A DNA stretch of 49,245 nt, from NCBI GenBank assembly GCA_028712705.1, contig JAQTPP010000004.1:1-49245 (forward strand), written 5' to 3'. The notes beneath the pieces are model-generated. The model was not told the origin of the DNA, did no database searches, and was given only the letters and a program-made list of their open reading frames with translations. The position numbers and the translations under genes were made by a program. This DNA is from Candidatus Daviesbacteria bacterium. Lineage in GTDB: Bacteria; Patescibacteriota; Microgenomatia; Daviesbacterales; UBA10151. Positions 33,584 to 41,933 of this stretch are shown piece by piece. The stretch's first letter is position 1. The number at the start of each line of letters is the position of its first letter.

Positions 33584-35824
33584 CTACCGCACACACATTC
33601 TGGTTTCCTGGATTGGTTCAACCCATCTGCCGTCTACAGATAGCCCGATGTGCAGATGGCCTATACCCGCAAAAACAGTTCCCACCTGCTCCCCAGACTT
33701 TAAGGTTTTAGCCGAGTTGATTTGCTGGTTAAGATGAGTAAGATCTAAAACTAATCTTCGTCCTTTATATTCAGCCTGATAATCAATTCTGTAGCCCCAA
33801 CTACCCTCTCCGATCGGGATAGGCGCATCTTCAATTCTAGTCCATTCAACAGACTCATTGCCGTTTATATAGGGTAATGTCACTAAGTTGCTAGATCCTT
33901 TTACATCAATGGCATGATACAGGGCTTCGCTATATCTGGTCCCGTCGCAAACATAATAGAAAGGGTTGCATTTTGTTTCATACCCCACACCACCGTGTCC
34001 GCAGTTATTTACAGGACTAGCTGCAGTGCCGCAGCTAATTGTGACATTGTTGCCCAACGGACAACTGAGAGAAAAGCCGATAGAACCGGGAGGTAACGGG
34101 GCGGTACCAGGCATAGCTTGGCAATTCTCAAAATCCTGTTTGGCTTCAAGACCGTAATTATACGGTCCGTATTGGCAAGTGCCATAATATCCGCAAACTG
34201 CTTGATTTACCTCATCACCTGTAGTAGGAGGTACGCCACCGTTTTTACTAATTATTACCCCTGCTCCCAAATAAACACTAGTTTTAACATCGCAAAAGTC
34301 TTGTAGACTAAGGGAGTCAGCAGTTTTTCCAATAAATCTAGCTCCTCTTTCCACTCCGTCTGCGCTGTAAGCTCCCACACTTTCGAATGAAGGTATTTTA
34401 CCGGAGGAAGCGACTATATCATGAATCCTTTTTGGCGGTTGGACTTGCATTAAACCTAGCGCGCCTGTCGAGGATGCGCCAATAGCTGTTAACCCGAAAT
34501 ACTTGCAACCTGTAGCAGTGGTAATATTGTTGCTGAAAGCGCTATGGTTATCATCAGCATTTGCGACAAACTCGGCAGATTCATGCATAGCCAGAGAGGC
34601 TAGAACTGATGCTGGGACACCGGTTTTATCAGCTGCTTCTGTAATATAAGAAATTAGGGTAGAGCTTCGGATTAGATTGGATACTCCGGATCTAGTGAAC
34701 TTACAACTACTGATATCCCCACCGCCTGATGGTAATGATGCAGCTTTAAGGGATGAGGTGTTTTCTGTGGAGCCTCCGAGTGCAACCATGAAAAATATCA
34801 GGAAGAAAACTCCACCAAAGATTAAAAGCGCTCTTTTTGAACCTAGATTCTTTGGGGAAAAAGATTTGGAAGCGGCAGAGAACCTGGATCTGGTGTTTGA
34901 TAAGTTGCTTAAAAAATCTCCGCCATGGTTTATGAATCCAAGACCCGCCCTTCCTCCGAGGTTTGCCGCACCGTTAAGTCCCTGCCCGGTAATTCCCCTG
35001 CCCATTCCTCCAATAATCCCTTTAAGGCCGTCAAACATCCTGCCCAAATTTGTTTTAAGGAAAGGATTTGCCCTGGCAACAAAATTTTGTACATTCTTGA
35101 AGCCGGAAGACATAGAAGATTTAAAAGAGGAAAAATTAAATCTTTGGGAAGCAGGTGAAGGTGTTGTAGATGCAGGCGGGATATTATGCTTTCTTATAAT
35201 GTTGCCGCTGCTGTCTGTTAGAACTATTTGAGATGGCGGTTTTTCTACAACTGCTCCGCTTCGGGTTGCAGTAACTAGTTTTGAAGGTTCCGGAGCTTCT
35301 TTAATTGTTCCACTACTGGTCGCAGTGACTAATTTTGATGGTTCTGGTCCTTGGGCGGGAACAGATGGAGGTGGGGTGTAAACTGCGCGCCGTGGCATTG
35401 AAAAACGAGGGATGGAGGTGCCGGACATAGATGGTAGTCCTGCAGGCATAACAGTTCCTGCTGGCTGCGTTCCCTGACCGGTTAGAGGTACTGCTTGTCC
35501 GCTTGGTTGTCCGCTAACTACTTCTGTTGTAACAGGTTTCTCCGCTAACGATCTTTCCAGTTCGATCCGCTCCCCCGCAGTAAACTGAGCAAAGATACGG
35601 TTTGTGGTGTTTCTGGGATCAGACAGATATTTGATTAAATAAGCATCGTCTTTTCCTGTCAGGTCCGGGATTTTTTTGCGGAGTAAATCAAAACATTCAG
35701 TCCTGTCCACGGTTGTCCATTCCCCATTCATTGGGAATCTGGAACGCATACGCTCCGGGTGGAAATTAGTGTTTTTTAGTTCGAAAAAGAATGCTTTGAG
35801 TTTATCGAAATCTGAATAGGCCAT
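33584..35824 (-). CDS. T4SS-associated cell-wall hydrolase: cytoplasmic N-domain, TM, lytic transglycosylase (SLT), M23/LytM peptidase
   Basis: TM helix ALLIFGGVFFLIFFMVALGG. SLT motifs LAMHESAEF and GALGLMQV. M23 motifs HAIDV and GIGHLHIGLSVDGRWV. Tandem PEPSKLVTAT(S/R)SG x2 in the N-domain. Confidence 0.75.
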   Translation of the reverse strand: MAYSDFDKLKAFFFELKNTNFHPERMRSRFPMNGEWTTVDRTECFDLLRKKIPDLTGKDDAYLIKYLSDPRNTTNRIFAQFTAGERIELERSLAEKPVTTEVVSGQPSGQAVPLTGQGTQPAGTVMPAGLPSMSGTSIPRFSMPRRAVYTPPPSVPAQGPEPSKLVTATSSGTIKEAPEPSKLVTATRSGAVVEKPPSQIVLTDSSGNIIRKHNIPPASTTPSPASQRFNFSSFKSSMSSGFKNVQNFVARANPFLKTNLGRMFDGLKGIIGGMGRGITGQGLNGAANLGGRAGLGFINHGGDFLSNLSNTRSRFSAASKSFSPKNLGSKRALLIFGGVFFLIFFMVALGGSTENTSSLKAASLPSGGGDISSCKFTRSGVSNLIRSSTLISYITEAADKTGVPASVLASLAMHESAEFVANADDNHSAFSNNITTATGCKYFGLTAIGASSTGALGLMQVQPPKRIHDIVASSGKIPSFESVGAYSADGVERGARFIGKTADSLSLQDFCDVKTSVYLGAGVIISKNGGVPPTTGDEVNQAVCGYYGTCQYGPYNYGLEAKQDFENCQAMPGTAPLPPGSIGFSLSCPLGNNVTISCGTAASPVNNCGHGGVGYETKCNPFYYVCDGTRYSEALYHAIDVKGSSNLVTLPYINGNESVEWTRIEDAPIPIGEGSWGYRIDYQAEYKGRRLVLDLTHLNQQINSAKTLKSGEQVGTVFAGIGHLHIGLSVDGRWVEPIQETRMCVR

Positions 35825-35839
35825 AAGATTAAGGTACCA

Positions 35840-37597
35840 CTAAATTTTCTGTCTTGCCAGTATTTCAGCAGGATTTGAAGTAATCAATTGATGTTCCTCC
35901 GGAGAAGCTACCACCCTCATTGCCACATGGGTATTGCCGGCAAAAAATATCCCTTCACCGATTCCTTCTGACATCAAAAGTCTCTGTTCTCCTTCTGACA
36001 GGTTAAAAACATGGGCCAAAAGGTCGATTGAAGCAGGAGCTTGTTTCAGGAGAATTTGGATTGATGAATTGGAAATAATTTCTTTACCCCGCTCGTTGCC
36101 TAAGAAATCCTCTACGTCTTGCGTAATGGTGGTTAAGCCTAAATAATATTTCCTGGCACGTTTGGCCATGTCTACCAAAAAATCCGCCGAATCCTGATTC
36201 CGCATTAAATACCATGCTTCATCAACAATTAAAAGTCTTTTTTTGAGCTTGCCTCTGATTTTGGTCCATATGTAATCTAAGATCATATGAATAGACAGCG
36301 GTCTTAACTGGTCCGGCAAATCGCGGACCGAAAATACTGTAAACGAGTTGGAAATATCAACATTGGATTGGGTGGAGAAAATACCGGCGAGCGATCCTTT
36401 AATAAATCGCTCCAGCCTGGCTGCGAGCTCCATGGCTACAGCTTCTTCCATCCCGATCAAAACTTTGTATAAGTCTTCCATTAAAGGAGGAGTCAGGTTT
36501 TGGGTTTTAGGGTCATCTGTGATTCCTTTGAGCTGGTATGTTTGTTTTAAGGCTCTATCCAGTATGGCGGCTTCTTGGGCATTTAGCGTTCCCAAAACCA
36601 ATTTTAAAAAACCGGTTAAAGACAAAATTTTACGGCCCAGTTCATTTTCGCCCGGAGTTACTTCGGCTGACATATCAAACGGATTGATTTTTACCGGAGA
36701 CGAAGGGGAGAAATTAATATATTCTCCACCAACAGCTTGGGCCAAAATTTTGTATTCCTGCTCCGGGTCAATGACAATTATTTCTGTCCCAAACATTAAA
36801 GATCTGAGGGCTTCAAGTTTAACTAAATACGATTTGCCGGCTCCGCTTTTGGCGAAAATAACCGAGTTTGCATTTTCTAAACTGAATCTGTCAAACAAAA
36901 TCAGAGAACCGTTATGCTCGTTAATGCCGTACATGATTCCCTCGTTGGCAGTCAGTTCAGACGAGGCAAACGGGAAAGTTGTAGCTAGCGACGTGGTATC
37001 CATGTTATGAGCGAGATTTAGAAGATCTTTCCCTTGCGGCAAGGTGGATTTGAAGCCGTCCTCCATTTGCAGTGTTACCTGTTTGGCGGTTATAGAAAGG
37101 GAAGCAAGTGTTGATTCAACCAGCTTTGAAGTGCTTTGCAGCTCTTCCAAGCTCTCTGCCGGTACAGTAATATAGAGGGCAAATTGGAAGAATCGTTCAA
37201 CCCCCCTGACAAGCTGGTCTTGTAAGCTCCTTGCATCTTCCAAGGCTACTTCGACCGCAGGATCCACTGCTCTGCCCCGTTCAAGATCGGTCTGGATCGT
37301 GGCTTCCATTTCAGCTACTTTGCGCTTTAGTTCGTCCAGCACCCCTTGTGATTGTGACGGGTAAATAAACATCGAAACAAGGAGCGAATGGTCAAAAGAA
37401 ATTAGCGGTTCAAGCCAGTTAGGCTCAACAAATCTGGGGTAAGCCGATACAAAATAAGTCCGGAAAAAGCGGCTGTCTATCTTCAGATGACTAAACTCAA
37501 CTTCTATTTCGCCCGGAGCAATCACATCCTCAACGGTTAATCGGGGTTGCAGTTGTTCCTGAGTTTTTATTTTTCTAAATAAATTTGGTAGCTTCAT
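35840..37597 (-). CDS. virB4: VirB4/TrbE/CagE-family type IV secretion ATPase
   Basis: Walker A AKSGAGKSYLVK, Walker B LLIVDEAWYL, and an N-terminal YP..V..NWL pattern typical of Gram-positive-type VirB4. Confidence 0.88.
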   Translation of the reverse strand: MKLPNLFRKIKTQEQLQPRLTVEDVIAPGEIEVEFSHLKIDSRFFRTYFVSAYPRFVEPNWLEPLISFDHSLLVSMFIYPSQSQGVLDELKRKVAEMEATIQTDLERGRAVDPAVEVALEDARSLQDQLVRGVERFFQFALYITVPAESLEELQSTSKLVESTLASLSITAKQVTLQMEDGFKSTLPQGKDLLNLAHNMDTTSLATTFPFASSELTANEGIMYGINEHNGSLILFDRFSLENANSVIFAKSGAGKSYLVKLEALRSLMFGTEIIVIDPEQEYKILAQAVGGEYINFSPSSPVKINPFDMSAEVTPGENELGRKILSLTGFLKLVLGTLNAQEAAILDRALKQTYQLKGITDDPKTQNLTPPLMEDLYKVLIGMEEAVAMELAARLERFIKGSLAGIFSTQSNVDISNSFTVFSVRDLPDQLRPLSIHMILDYIWTKIRGKLKKRLLIVDEAWYLMRNQDSADFLVDMAKRARKYYLGLTTITQDVEDFLGNERGKEIISNSSIQILLKQAPASIDLLAHVFNLSEGEQRLLMSEGIGEGIFFAGNTHVAMRVVASPEEHQLITSNPAEILARQKI

Positions 37598-38364
37598 TCT
37601 CCTAACTCCTCCACTACAAAGGGATGTGTTTTTGTGCCTTGAGTGGTTATTGGTCCTGTCACAGGCGGGATTGATGGCGTTGGTTGTGGCGCTGCGGGAT
37701 TAAAAGTTGGTTGTGCGGCCGAAGGCCCTGAGCGAGCGTCAGCGAGTCGAATGGGTTGTTTTAATTTAACTGCTAATTCTTGCGGATTGACGATTTGTCC
37801 CGGCGGTTTTTCTTCAACTTGACCATTATAGATATAATAAAAAACTTCAATCAATTTTTGTTTGGTCATCTGCATTGCTTTCAGATTGACTCTGCCTAGT
37901 TGTCTGATAATTTGATCCCGTCTTGGTATGAGTATTGTTTTAATTTTTCCCTCCAAACTTTCTTTGGATGGAGTTAGCCCCAGCTCTAGCGCGAAAAGCG
38001 GAATGACAATATAAAACCTTTTATCCAATACCTCATTTTCTTTGATTGTAGTTTGGATAAATTGTCTATACCCCGTAATCATTTGTGAAAGCAGCGGGTT
38101 GTTTTGGGCTTTTTTGGCGTCATCCAATATTTTCAGATAAGAGCTGATGTTGAGCCTTTCCGAATGAACAACAATTTGGATGCTGAATGATAAGGAATTA
38201 AGCATTTGGGCGAATGCGGAAATGATAGCCACTTGTTCCCTGTCTGAAAGCAAGCCAAAATTAACAGCGCTGACTTGCAGAACAAGCGCCCCGCCCCCGT
38301 CTTTCAGTAAAAGAATATCATCCTGAATATCTGAAATAGATAAATGCTCCTGTGTTGTATTCAT
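37594..38364 (-). CDS. T4SS accessory protein resembling a free-standing VirB4 N-terminal domain
   Basis: I.DI.DDILLLKDGG.ALVLQVS.VNF.LLS..EQ..II..F...LNSL.F..QIVV mirrors the VirB4 N-domain pattern. Pro/Thr-rich C-terminus. 4-nt overlaps on both sides. Confidence 0.4.
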   Translation of the reverse strand: MNTTQEHLSISDIQDDILLLKDGGGALVLQVSAVNFGLLSDREQVAIISAFAQMLNSLSFSIQIVVHSERLNISSYLKILDDAKKAQNNPLLSQMITGYRQFIQTTIKENEVLDKRFYIVIPLFALELGLTPSKESLEGKIKTILIPRRDQIIRQLGRVNLKAMQMTKQKLIEVFYYIYNGQVEEKPPGQIVNPQELAVKLKQPIRLADARSGPSAAQPTFNPAAPQPTPSIPPVTGPITTQGTKTHPFVVEELGE

Positions 38365-39380
38365 GATTTTGCTGTAATCACTAAAGGCGGTAAAACTTCT
38401 CCGGTTAATTCAATCTGTAATACATCAAAAGTGTAATTGTCTTTTTCAAGCTCCAAAGTATAAGTTTTATTAGGCAGCGGCGTTGAACCGGTAAATTGAC
38501 CGAGTTTATTTGTTTTTAGAGCTCTGACCGGCAGGCCCTCTTTGTCGTAGATAACTGCCACTACGCCTTCCAAATAATTATTGTTCCTGTCTTTGACAAT
38601 GCCGTTTATGACATTTGGAAATGTGGTTAGCGCAACCTGCGCTTGTTTGGGTTTCACAGGTATTACTACTTTGACTTTTTCCCTGAATACAGGTTCAGAA
38701 ATAGGAACTTGAGGTTGAGCTGTTGGTTCCTGGATAGATTTAATTTGCTGTTTCACTTCGGAAGCTTGATTAACCAGGTTTTTTAAATCCGTTAAGATCT
38801 TGCTGGCTTGTTGGCTATAGTCAACTGGTATAGGCGTGGGTTGCGTTGCTTGTTCCTTAATTTGCGATAAAGTCCGCTCCGACTGGATGATCCTCATTTG
38901 TAGCTGTTGCGCCTCTTGAGCCAGGTCTACTGTTTTTTGCAGCTCCTCCTGTGTTGGTAAAGGCGCAGGGCGCGTAATTTGAGGGGTAGTTACAGCAGAC
39001 GGTTTGGTTTGAGGAACGTTTTGAGCGCCGGCAAGATACATTACCAGACGACTGCTAAACAACGGGTCTTCTTTGTAAGCTTTTCCGTTTTTCGCCCAGG
39101 TTCTTTTGGTAGGTGAATAAACAGCTTTCAAAAATGCTGCTAACCAGTGATCCAGCGCCCGTGATCCAATCGGCACAAAAGCAAAAGCAATACCTAAAAT
39201 GGTCGAAGCAATAACAATCGGCCAGGCTATGATTGGATAATCGTGTGAGAAAAGGACAAAAACCAGATAAGCAAACCCTGCGCCGGCAGCCAGATAGCCG
39301 AATTGCTTTAGAGTCATATCCCCGACCAGCTTGAACTGGAAACTTGTCACATTTTGCGGGATTGGATGCACCTCTTCCAT
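38361..39380 (-). CDS. PrgI/VirB3-like membrane protein with coiled coil and C-terminal carboxypeptidase-regulatory-like beta domain
   Basis: IPQNV.SFQFKLVGDMTLKQFGYLAAGAGFAYLVF plus a second TM helix is the PrgI-family pattern. C-terminal NGIVKD.NNNYLEGVVAVIYDKEG.PVRALKTNKLGQF. Confidence 0.6.
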   Translation of the reverse strand: MEEVHPIPQNVTSFQFKLVGDMTLKQFGYLAAGAGFAYLVFVLFSHDYPIIAWPIVIASTILGIAFAFVPIGSRALDHWLAAFLKAVYSPTKRTWAKNGKAYKEDPLFSSRLVMYLAGAQNVPQTKPSAVTTPQITRPAPLPTQEELQKTVDLAQEAQQLQMRIIQSERTLSQIKEQATQPTPIPVDYSQQASKILTDLKNLVNQASEVKQQIKSIQEPTAQPQVPISEPVFREKVKVVIPVKPKQAQVALTTFPNVINGIVKDRNNNYLEGVVAVIYDKEGLPVRALKTNKLGQFTGSTPLPNKTYTLELEKDNYTFDVLQIELTGEVLPPLVITAKS

Positions 39381-39456
39381 AGATACTATCTATATACATC
39401 GTGAAAAAAATGATGGCAAGGGTCACAAAACAGATCATTATGGGGCAATCCATATT

Positions 39457-39568
39457 AATCTCAAATCTTAGATCTCAAATCGCAAATCTGCATCTTAAAT
39501 CTCAAAGGTTTTAAAATTTTAAGATTTTAAGTTTTAGTTTTGAGTTTTGACATTTGAGTTTTGAGTTG
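39457..39568. repeat. 112-nt heptamer-periodic region: (AATCTCA)n array facing an inverted (TGAGTTT)n array
   Basis: 16 consecutive 7-nt units read directly. The left half is roughly the reverse complement of the right half, giving a long imperfect palindrome centred near 39510. It lies between the divergent T4SS operon and the riboswitch. Confidence 0.8.
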
Positions 39569-39579
39569 TTATTCTAACG

Positions 39580-39737
39580 TTGTGGTATTTCACCCCGCCT
39601 CTGGCGGGAGAAGAAATAAGCGGAGCTTGCGAGCTTCGCTCTTAAAAAGGGAATCAGGTGAGAATCCTGGACTGTGCCGCAACTGTAAGCTACAAGCATG
39701 TAAACTGCTTGTAGTAAAGTCAGGAGACCGACCACAA
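39580..39737 (+). promoter_or_regulatory. Cobalamin (B12) riboswitch aptamer
   Basis: Core AAGGGAATCAGGTGAGAATCCTGGACTGTGCCGCAACTGTAA and B12 box AGTCAGGAGACCGACC. P1 pairs TTGTGGT (39580-86) with ACCACAA (39731-37). Peripheral hairpins: CCCGCC/GGCGGG, AGCGGAGC/GCTTCGCT, CTACAAGCA/TGCTTGTAG. Confidence 0.85.
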
Positions 39738-39793
39738 GCTAGTGACTAGTCGCTAGAGACTAGAGTCTAGTTAAAATCCCGAGCAGGAGCAAT

Positions 39794-40666
39794 ATGTCAG
39801 TAGAAACACTTTCACGTCGAGAACAAGCCGCAGAAGAACTGGCTTCTTCTATTCAGGAAACACATAGAATTCCTGACCCTTATCATTTTGAGATTACACC
39901 GTATGGTGAATTATTTTCTCCTAGTGCACGTTGTCTGGTTAAAGATAAAAGAGTTATTGATAAAACAAGCCCTCTGGGACGATTGGAATATCAAGCTTTG
40001 CTTTCTATAGAGCAATGGGCAGTCAGTCGTAATGAGGGAGTAATTGTCTGGGTTAGCCCTCCCTATCCTGGAGCATATTCTGTCTTAAAAATAATTGTCA
40101 GCGAGATAGAGTATGAGAATGGTCTCAAAAGATTATTTAACCGGGCTATTTTATTTGATTTTGATGAGAATCAGTCTCTGGAATTTACCCGTGGTTTGGC
40201 GCAGTTTAGCCAGAACCAGCCAAATTTTTTCAATCTTGATCAGGTCAGGGCAACCCCGCTGATTTTAAAGACCCATGGCAATTTTTGGATCCATGCCTTA
40301 GAAGAGTTAATTGATGCGCCTGCTGTATGGGAAATGGTCAGAATTGGAGAAGATAGAAGACTGAAAGAAGAGGCTCTTAGACAGGCTACAATGGTCCAAA
40401 AAGAGTTTTTCTCAATTCCAGGGCTATATTCTACAGATGAAGCGCAAATGGCTATTAAGCAAGTACTGGGGCCATACTCGGGTAGCTGCCCCCCTAAGAC
40501 TGCTTTTCAGGTATTTTCAGAGAATTCTTTAGTAGTGGGTGATGGGGTAAATACTAAAGATCCTGATTTTTGTAGGAATTGTCCTGTTTGTGGTGAAGCA
40601 ATAAATTGTATTGTCAGAGCCGGCCAGAGCTGTCCTAGCTGTAGGACAGTTAAAAGATGCGGATAG
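39794..40666 (+). CDS. Uncharacterised soluble protein with a C-terminal Cys-rich (zinc-ribbon-like) cluster, downstream of the B12 riboswitch
   Basis: 290-aa ORF. AGGAG lies 5 nt upstream of the ATG. No TM segment. C-terminal C-x2-C-x2-C-x5-C-x8-C-x2-C-x6-C. No domain recognised. Confidence 0.6.
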   Translation: MSVETLSRREQAAEELASSIQETHRIPDPYHFEITPYGELFSPSARCLVKDKRVIDKTSPLGRLEYQALLSIEQWAVSRNEGVIVWVSPPYPGAYSVLKIIVSEIEYENGLKRLFNRAILFDFDENQSLEFTRGLAQFSQNQPNFFNLDQVRATPLILKTHGNFWIHALEELIDAPAVWEMVRIGEDRRLKEEALRQATMVQKEFFSIPGLYSTDEAQMAIKQVLGPYSGSCPPKTAFQVFSENSLVVGDGVNTKDPDFCRNCPVCGEAINCIVRAGQSCPSCRTVKRCG

Positions 40667-40688
40667 TATTGTAGGTTTTAATTACCTA

Positions 40689-40717
40689 TTGACAAATTTA
40701 GTAATGTTTGGTATAAA
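40689..40717 (+). promoter_or_regulatory. Sigma-70-like promoter of the HTH/PIN pair
   Basis: TTGACA (40689-94), 17 nt ending in TGG, then TATAAA (40712-17). ATG at 40724. Confidence 0.55.
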
Positions 40718-40723
40718 ATAATC

Positions 40724-40987
40724 ATGATTAGTACTAAAGTATATACTCCCGAGCAAGTAGCTAATATTCTACAACTGAGCAAAAATACAATTTATGATTT
40801 AATTCAAAGGGGCGAGATAATAGCTAAAAAGATCGGTAAGGTTTATCGTGTCCCGGCAAGTTCCATCTCCTTTGTTTTCACCGGACTGGATTATGACCTT
40901 TATTTGGCTGAAAAGGAAGATCTGAAACAACTCCCCACCATACAAACAGAGATTAAAAAAATCAGGTCTAAGATTAACAGTAGTTAA
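40724..40987 (+). CDS. Excisionase/MerR-type HTH DNA-binding protein (antitoxin of the following PIN toxin)
   Basis: YTPEQVANILQLSKNTIYDLIQRGEI.AKKIGK.YRV is the excisionase-family HTH pattern. Its stop abuts the PIN gene ATG. Confidence 0.7.
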   Translation: MISTKVYTPEQVANILQLSKNTIYDLIQRGEIIAKKIGKVYRVPASSISFVFTGLDYDLYLAEKEDLKQLPTIQTEIKKIRSKINSS

Positions 40988-41434
40988 ATGTTTAAAAAGG
41001 TATTTATTGACTCAGATGTGGTCATCTCTTCGTTAATTTCTTCATCAGGGGCAGCTAATCTTTTGCTCAGTAGCATAACCAATCTTAAATTATATATTTC
41101 AAATGTATCTCAGAAAGAATTAATAGAAGTAGCTGATAGATTGGGGCTTGATCAGACTGAGCTTAAAAATCTTCTTAAAAGAAGCTTCAAAAAGGTATAC
41201 CTAAAGCAACAGTTAAAAGAAATTAAAGTAAAATATTCAGAATATATTGTTGATCAAGATGATGCCCACATTATAGCGGGAGCAAAAAAAGCTAAAGTGA
41301 ATTATCTAATTTCTTATAACACCAAACATTTTAAGATAGATAAAATAAAAGAGGATTTTAATATAATGGTGATGGCTCCTGCAAACTTTTTGCAATATCT
41401 AAGAAGTATAGATTTAAATAAGAGATTGTCCTGA
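40988..41434 (+). CDS. PIN-domain toxin
   Basis: VFIDSDVVIS (first acidic residues), DDAHIIAGA, and ISYNTKHF match the PIN fold signature. Confidence 0.75.
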   Translation: MFKKVFIDSDVVISSLISSSGAANLLLSSITNLKLYISNVSQKELIEVADRLGLDQTELKNLLKRSFKKVYLKQQLKEIKVKYSEYIVDQDDAHIIAGAKKAKVNYLISYNTKHFKIDKIKEDFNIMVMAPANFLQYLRSIDLNKRLS

Positions 41435-41453
41435 ACCTTTGAACTGAACCCCG

Positions 41454-41487
41454 TCAGGATTTTGTAAGGATTAAATCAAGCACTAAA
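41454..41487. repeat. Conserved ~35-nt sequence downstream of the first PIN gene (copy 1)
   Basis: TCAGGATTTTGTAAGGATTAAATCAAGCACTAAA versus TCAGGATTTTATCAGTTTTTAATCAAGCACAGAA at 42366-42399 (about 27/35 identical by hand alignment). Confidence 0.7.
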
Positions 41488-41521
41488 CTTTTGCAGCCGT
41501 TATTATATTCCACAGATTAGT

Positions 41522-41549
41522 CTGATAGCTGAAGACTGAAAGCTGACGA
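41522..41549. repeat. Intergenic heptamer array (CTGATAG/CTGAAGA/CTGAAAG/CTGACGA)
   Basis: CTGA recurs with an exact 7-nt period four times. Confidence 0.7.
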
Positions 41550-41564
41550 CTATTTTTAGAAACA

Positions 41565-41651
41565 TTGACAAAGGAGTTTGGGAAATTCTTTTTGAATGTC
41601 AATATAAATGTCAAGAAACTATTTGACAAATATGCAGACATAGGTTATTAT
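41565..41651 (+). promoter_or_regulatory. Promoter with flanking operator-like repeats for the Phd/VapC pair
   Basis: TTGACA (41623-28), 17 nt, TATTAT (41646-51), ATG at 41661. TGTCAA x2 (41597-602, 41609-14) sit between two TTGACA copies (41565-70, 41623-28). Confidence 0.6.
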
Positions 41652-41660
41652 GGATCTATT

Positions 41661-41933
41661 ATGTTAAACATTATTACAGTAACTGCAAGAGATATACTAA
41701 GAAACTACAAAGGAATTTTTGATACAGTCAAGAAGACCAAACAACCCGCTGTAGTCGTTTCTCAAAAAGAGCCTCAAGTAGCGATAATATCCTTAGATGA
41801 TTTGGAAAGACTCAAGATTTTGAAAAATATTCAATCTACCAAAGCTCTCTTGGATCTGGCTGGAATTATTCCTAAGGGGAGCGGATTACCTGCTGATTTA
41901 TCCGAGAAACACGATGAATATACTTGGGACTAG
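41661..41933 (+). CDS. Phd/YefM-type antitoxin
   Basis: MLNIITVTARDILRNYKGIFDTVKKTKQPAVVVSQKEPQVAIISLDDLERL is a typical Phd/YefM N-domain. The track ORF begins at a TTG (41565) inside the promoter. Confidence 0.75.
   Translation: MLNIITVTARDILRNYKGIFDTVKKTKQPAVVVSQKEPQVAIISLDDLERLKILKNIQSTKALLDLAGIIPKGSGLPADLSEKHDEYTWD

Noticed and set aside
34677-35231. 184-aa ORF on the plus strand (and the nested 34925-35158 ORF)
   Set aside because: Antisense to the SLT/M23 hydrolase gene in its Pro/Ser/Gly-rich linker region, which gives a long open shadow frame.
36348-37010. 220-aa ORF on the plus strand
   Set aside because: It lies entirely antisense within the well-supported VirB4 gene, has low-complexity Ser-rich composition and no motifs. 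Typical shadow ORF.
39055-39453. 132-aa ORF on the minus strand, overlapping the prgI-like gene start
   Set aside because: It is an alternative frame of the PrgI-like gene 5' region. The PrgI frame has the conserved N-terminal motif and TM helices.
39457-39568. Possible CRISPR array (also considered for the other short tandem arrays)
   Set aside because: Units are 7 nt with no spacers, so there is no repeat-spacer architecture, and there are no cas genes apart from a stand-alone Cas4-like nuclease 25 kb away.
39561-39749. 62-aa ORF on the plus strand
   Set aside because: It coincides with the cobalamin riboswitch aptamer. The sequence is explained by RNA structure, not coding.
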